NCBI GenBank assembly: GCA_038248855.1
Contig: JBBRXA010000005.1
Coordinates: 22,930 to 86,929, forward strand
Direction of reading: 5' to 3'
Source of the DNA: Bacteroidales bacterium
GTDB lineage: Bacteria; Bacteroidota; Bacteroidia; Bacteroidales; VadinHA17
Length of the DNA: 64,000 bases
This document shows, piece by piece, positions 62,957 to 64,000 of this stretch. The notes beneath the pieces are model-generated. The model was given only the letters and a program-made list of their open reading frames with translations, was not told the DNA's origin and did not search any database. The translations under genes and the position numbers were made by a program. Position 1 is the stretch's first letter; every line of letters starts with the position of its first letter.

Positions 62957-64000
62957 ATGAATCAAAAGTTCAGAATATTAACATCAGGTGACTCAATGGT
63001 GTTGCGGAGTATTACATTAATTCTATCTTTCTCTCTGCTTCTTTTGACAGGGGTTTCATGCAGGAGAACCAGTGACATCAGGGAGACCATCCTCAACGAC
63101 AAAGACAGCTATTATTATATTGATTTTAATGAATATCCGGTTGGAAACCGTAATCTGCCCATTGGCATATTCGATTCCGGAACCGGGGGGCTGGCGGTAT
63201 TAAATGATATATTAAGCTTTGAACTGGCGGTAGACTCAACCGGCAACGGACCAGGGTCCGGCAATGCCTCCGTAAACGGTAACTCAACCGGAGCAGGCGA
63301 TGCACCCCAGGCTGGCACCAGTATGGCAAACCTGAGAAATGAATCCTACATTTTCCTGGGTGACCTGGCCAATATGCCCTACGGGAGCTATGCACTCGAG
63401 AATAATTCCGGCCTGCTGGTTGAGAACGTCCTAAAAGATGTCCAGTTCCTACTCGGCACCAGATATTACAGGTCGGCGGACTCACCTGAATTCATAACAG
63501 ATAAAAGTCCTGTAAAGGCTATTGTGATAGCCTGCAATACTGCAACTGCATACGGGCTCGACACTATCAGAAAATTTCTTCAGCAGGCAGGACTGGATAT
63601 CGGTGTGATAGGCGTCATTGATGCCGGTGCCCGGGGGGCATTCGCAAGTTTCCTGCCTGGAGAAGTGGGAAGCATAGCCGTTCTGGCTACAGACGGTACT
63701 GTTAAATCCGGTGCATATCCTCTCGCCATAAATGCAGTCAGGGACAAACTTGGATACGACGTTGATGTCAGGGTATTTCAGCAGGCAGGAATCGGAATTG
63801 CGGAGGCAGTTGATGAGAACGTGTACTTCATTGACAGGTCCGCCAAAGCGCCCCGCACAGAATATAAAGGACCTACCGAAACCGGAACAGGAGAAATGAA
63901 AATTGACCTGTCAAAACTTGATCGCTATCGGTTTAATATGTCTGACGGGGCCATGCTTTATGAGGGAGAAATCAGCGATCCGCATAACCTGCAAATAAAC
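62957..64000 (+). CDS. Glutamate-racemase-like (Asp/Glu racemase superfamily) protein with a lipoprotein-type signal; 3' end beyond the right edge
   Basis: Open at the window edge, so absent from the ORF track. My translation gives MNQKFRILTSGDSMVLRSITLILSFSLLLLTGVSC..., IGIFDSGTGGLAVLNDIL, a ~45-aa Gly/Asn/Ser-rich insert, then FLGDLANMPYG, VIACNTATAYG and IAVLATDGTVKSGAY. An alternative start is the ATG at 62996. Confidence 0.7.
   Translation, partial: MNQKFRILTSGDSMVLRSITLILSFSLLLLTGVSCRRTSDIRETILNDKDSYYYIDFNEYPVGNRNLPIGIFDSGTGGLAVLNDILSFELAVDSTGNGPGSGNASVNGNSTGAGDAPQAGTSMANLRNESYIFLGDLANMPYGSYALENNSGLLVENVLKDVQFLLGTRYYRSADSPEFITDKSPVKAIVIACNTATAYGLDTIRKFLQQAGLDIGVIGVIDAGARGAFASFLPGEVGSIAVLATDGTVKSGAYPLAINAVRDKLGYDVDVRVFQQAGIGIAEAVDENVYFIDRSAKAPRTEYKGPTETGTGEMKIDLSKLDRYRFNMSDGAMLYEGEISDPHNLQIN

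Noticed and set aside
63115-63485. 67-aa and 119-aa minus-strand ORFs at the right edge.
   Set aside because: They are antisense to the open-ended MurI-like reading frame, which carries three family signature motifs.
1-64000. Search for tRNA, rRNA, tmRNA, RNase P, SRP RNA or riboswitch leaders in the larger spacers (1748-1901, 20452-20556, 20947-21098, 33785-33924, 37986-38124, 59569-59689, 62827-62956).
   Set aside because: I could recognise no cloverleaf-compatible segments or conserved RNA signature strings by eye. A covariance-model scan (Infernal/Rfam, tRNAscan-SE) would be needed to exclude them formally.

Overview
This 64-kb segment looks like chromosomal Bacteroidota (Bacteroidales-like) DNA. 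The clues are many lipoprotein and signal-peptide N-termini, a CarboxypepD_reg/TonB-dependent receptor pair, a TAT-exported GH109-like oxidoreductase, several exact TAnnTTTG -7 promoter boxes, and little use of Shine-Dalgarno sequences. About 60 protein genes are dense on both strands. I recognised no rRNA, tRNA, CRISPR array, transposase or integrase. Content falls into five groups. (1) Peptide and amino-acid catabolism: an M49 DPP III (cut by the left edge), an M20D amidohydrolase, an S9 DPP-IV-like peptidase, two tandem ACE-like gluzincin lipoproteins, and iorAB. (2) Envelope and housekeeping: murB, mltG, cls, two glycosyltransferases, folP-cdaA, tmk, tpiA, rsmE, ssb, uvrA and an ECF-type sigma factor. 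(3) A six-gene HyfBCEFGI-like membrane complex at 3210-10458. Its large subunit lacks all NiFe-ligand cysteines and its NuoB-like subunit lacks 3 of 4 [4Fe-4S] cysteines, while the antiporter-like subunits keep their charged-residue signatures. This Ehr-type complex of unknown function is the most interesting system here. (4) A partly decayed metal(loid) region at 56.7-62.8 kb. It holds an esterase pseudogene, acr3, a putative arsM remnant, a CDF transporter, and an ArsR-controlled thioredoxin/CcdA/permease operon with two copies of a TTTCGT-N6-ACGAAA palindrome. (5) Unusual non-coding structure: an exactly phased 21-bp tandem array, a 13-bp tandem array, a polypurine tract and hexamer-periodic spacers. 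All calls rest on my own reading of the supplied translations and of the DNA at motif level. No database search was run, so family names are recognitions rather than measured similarities.
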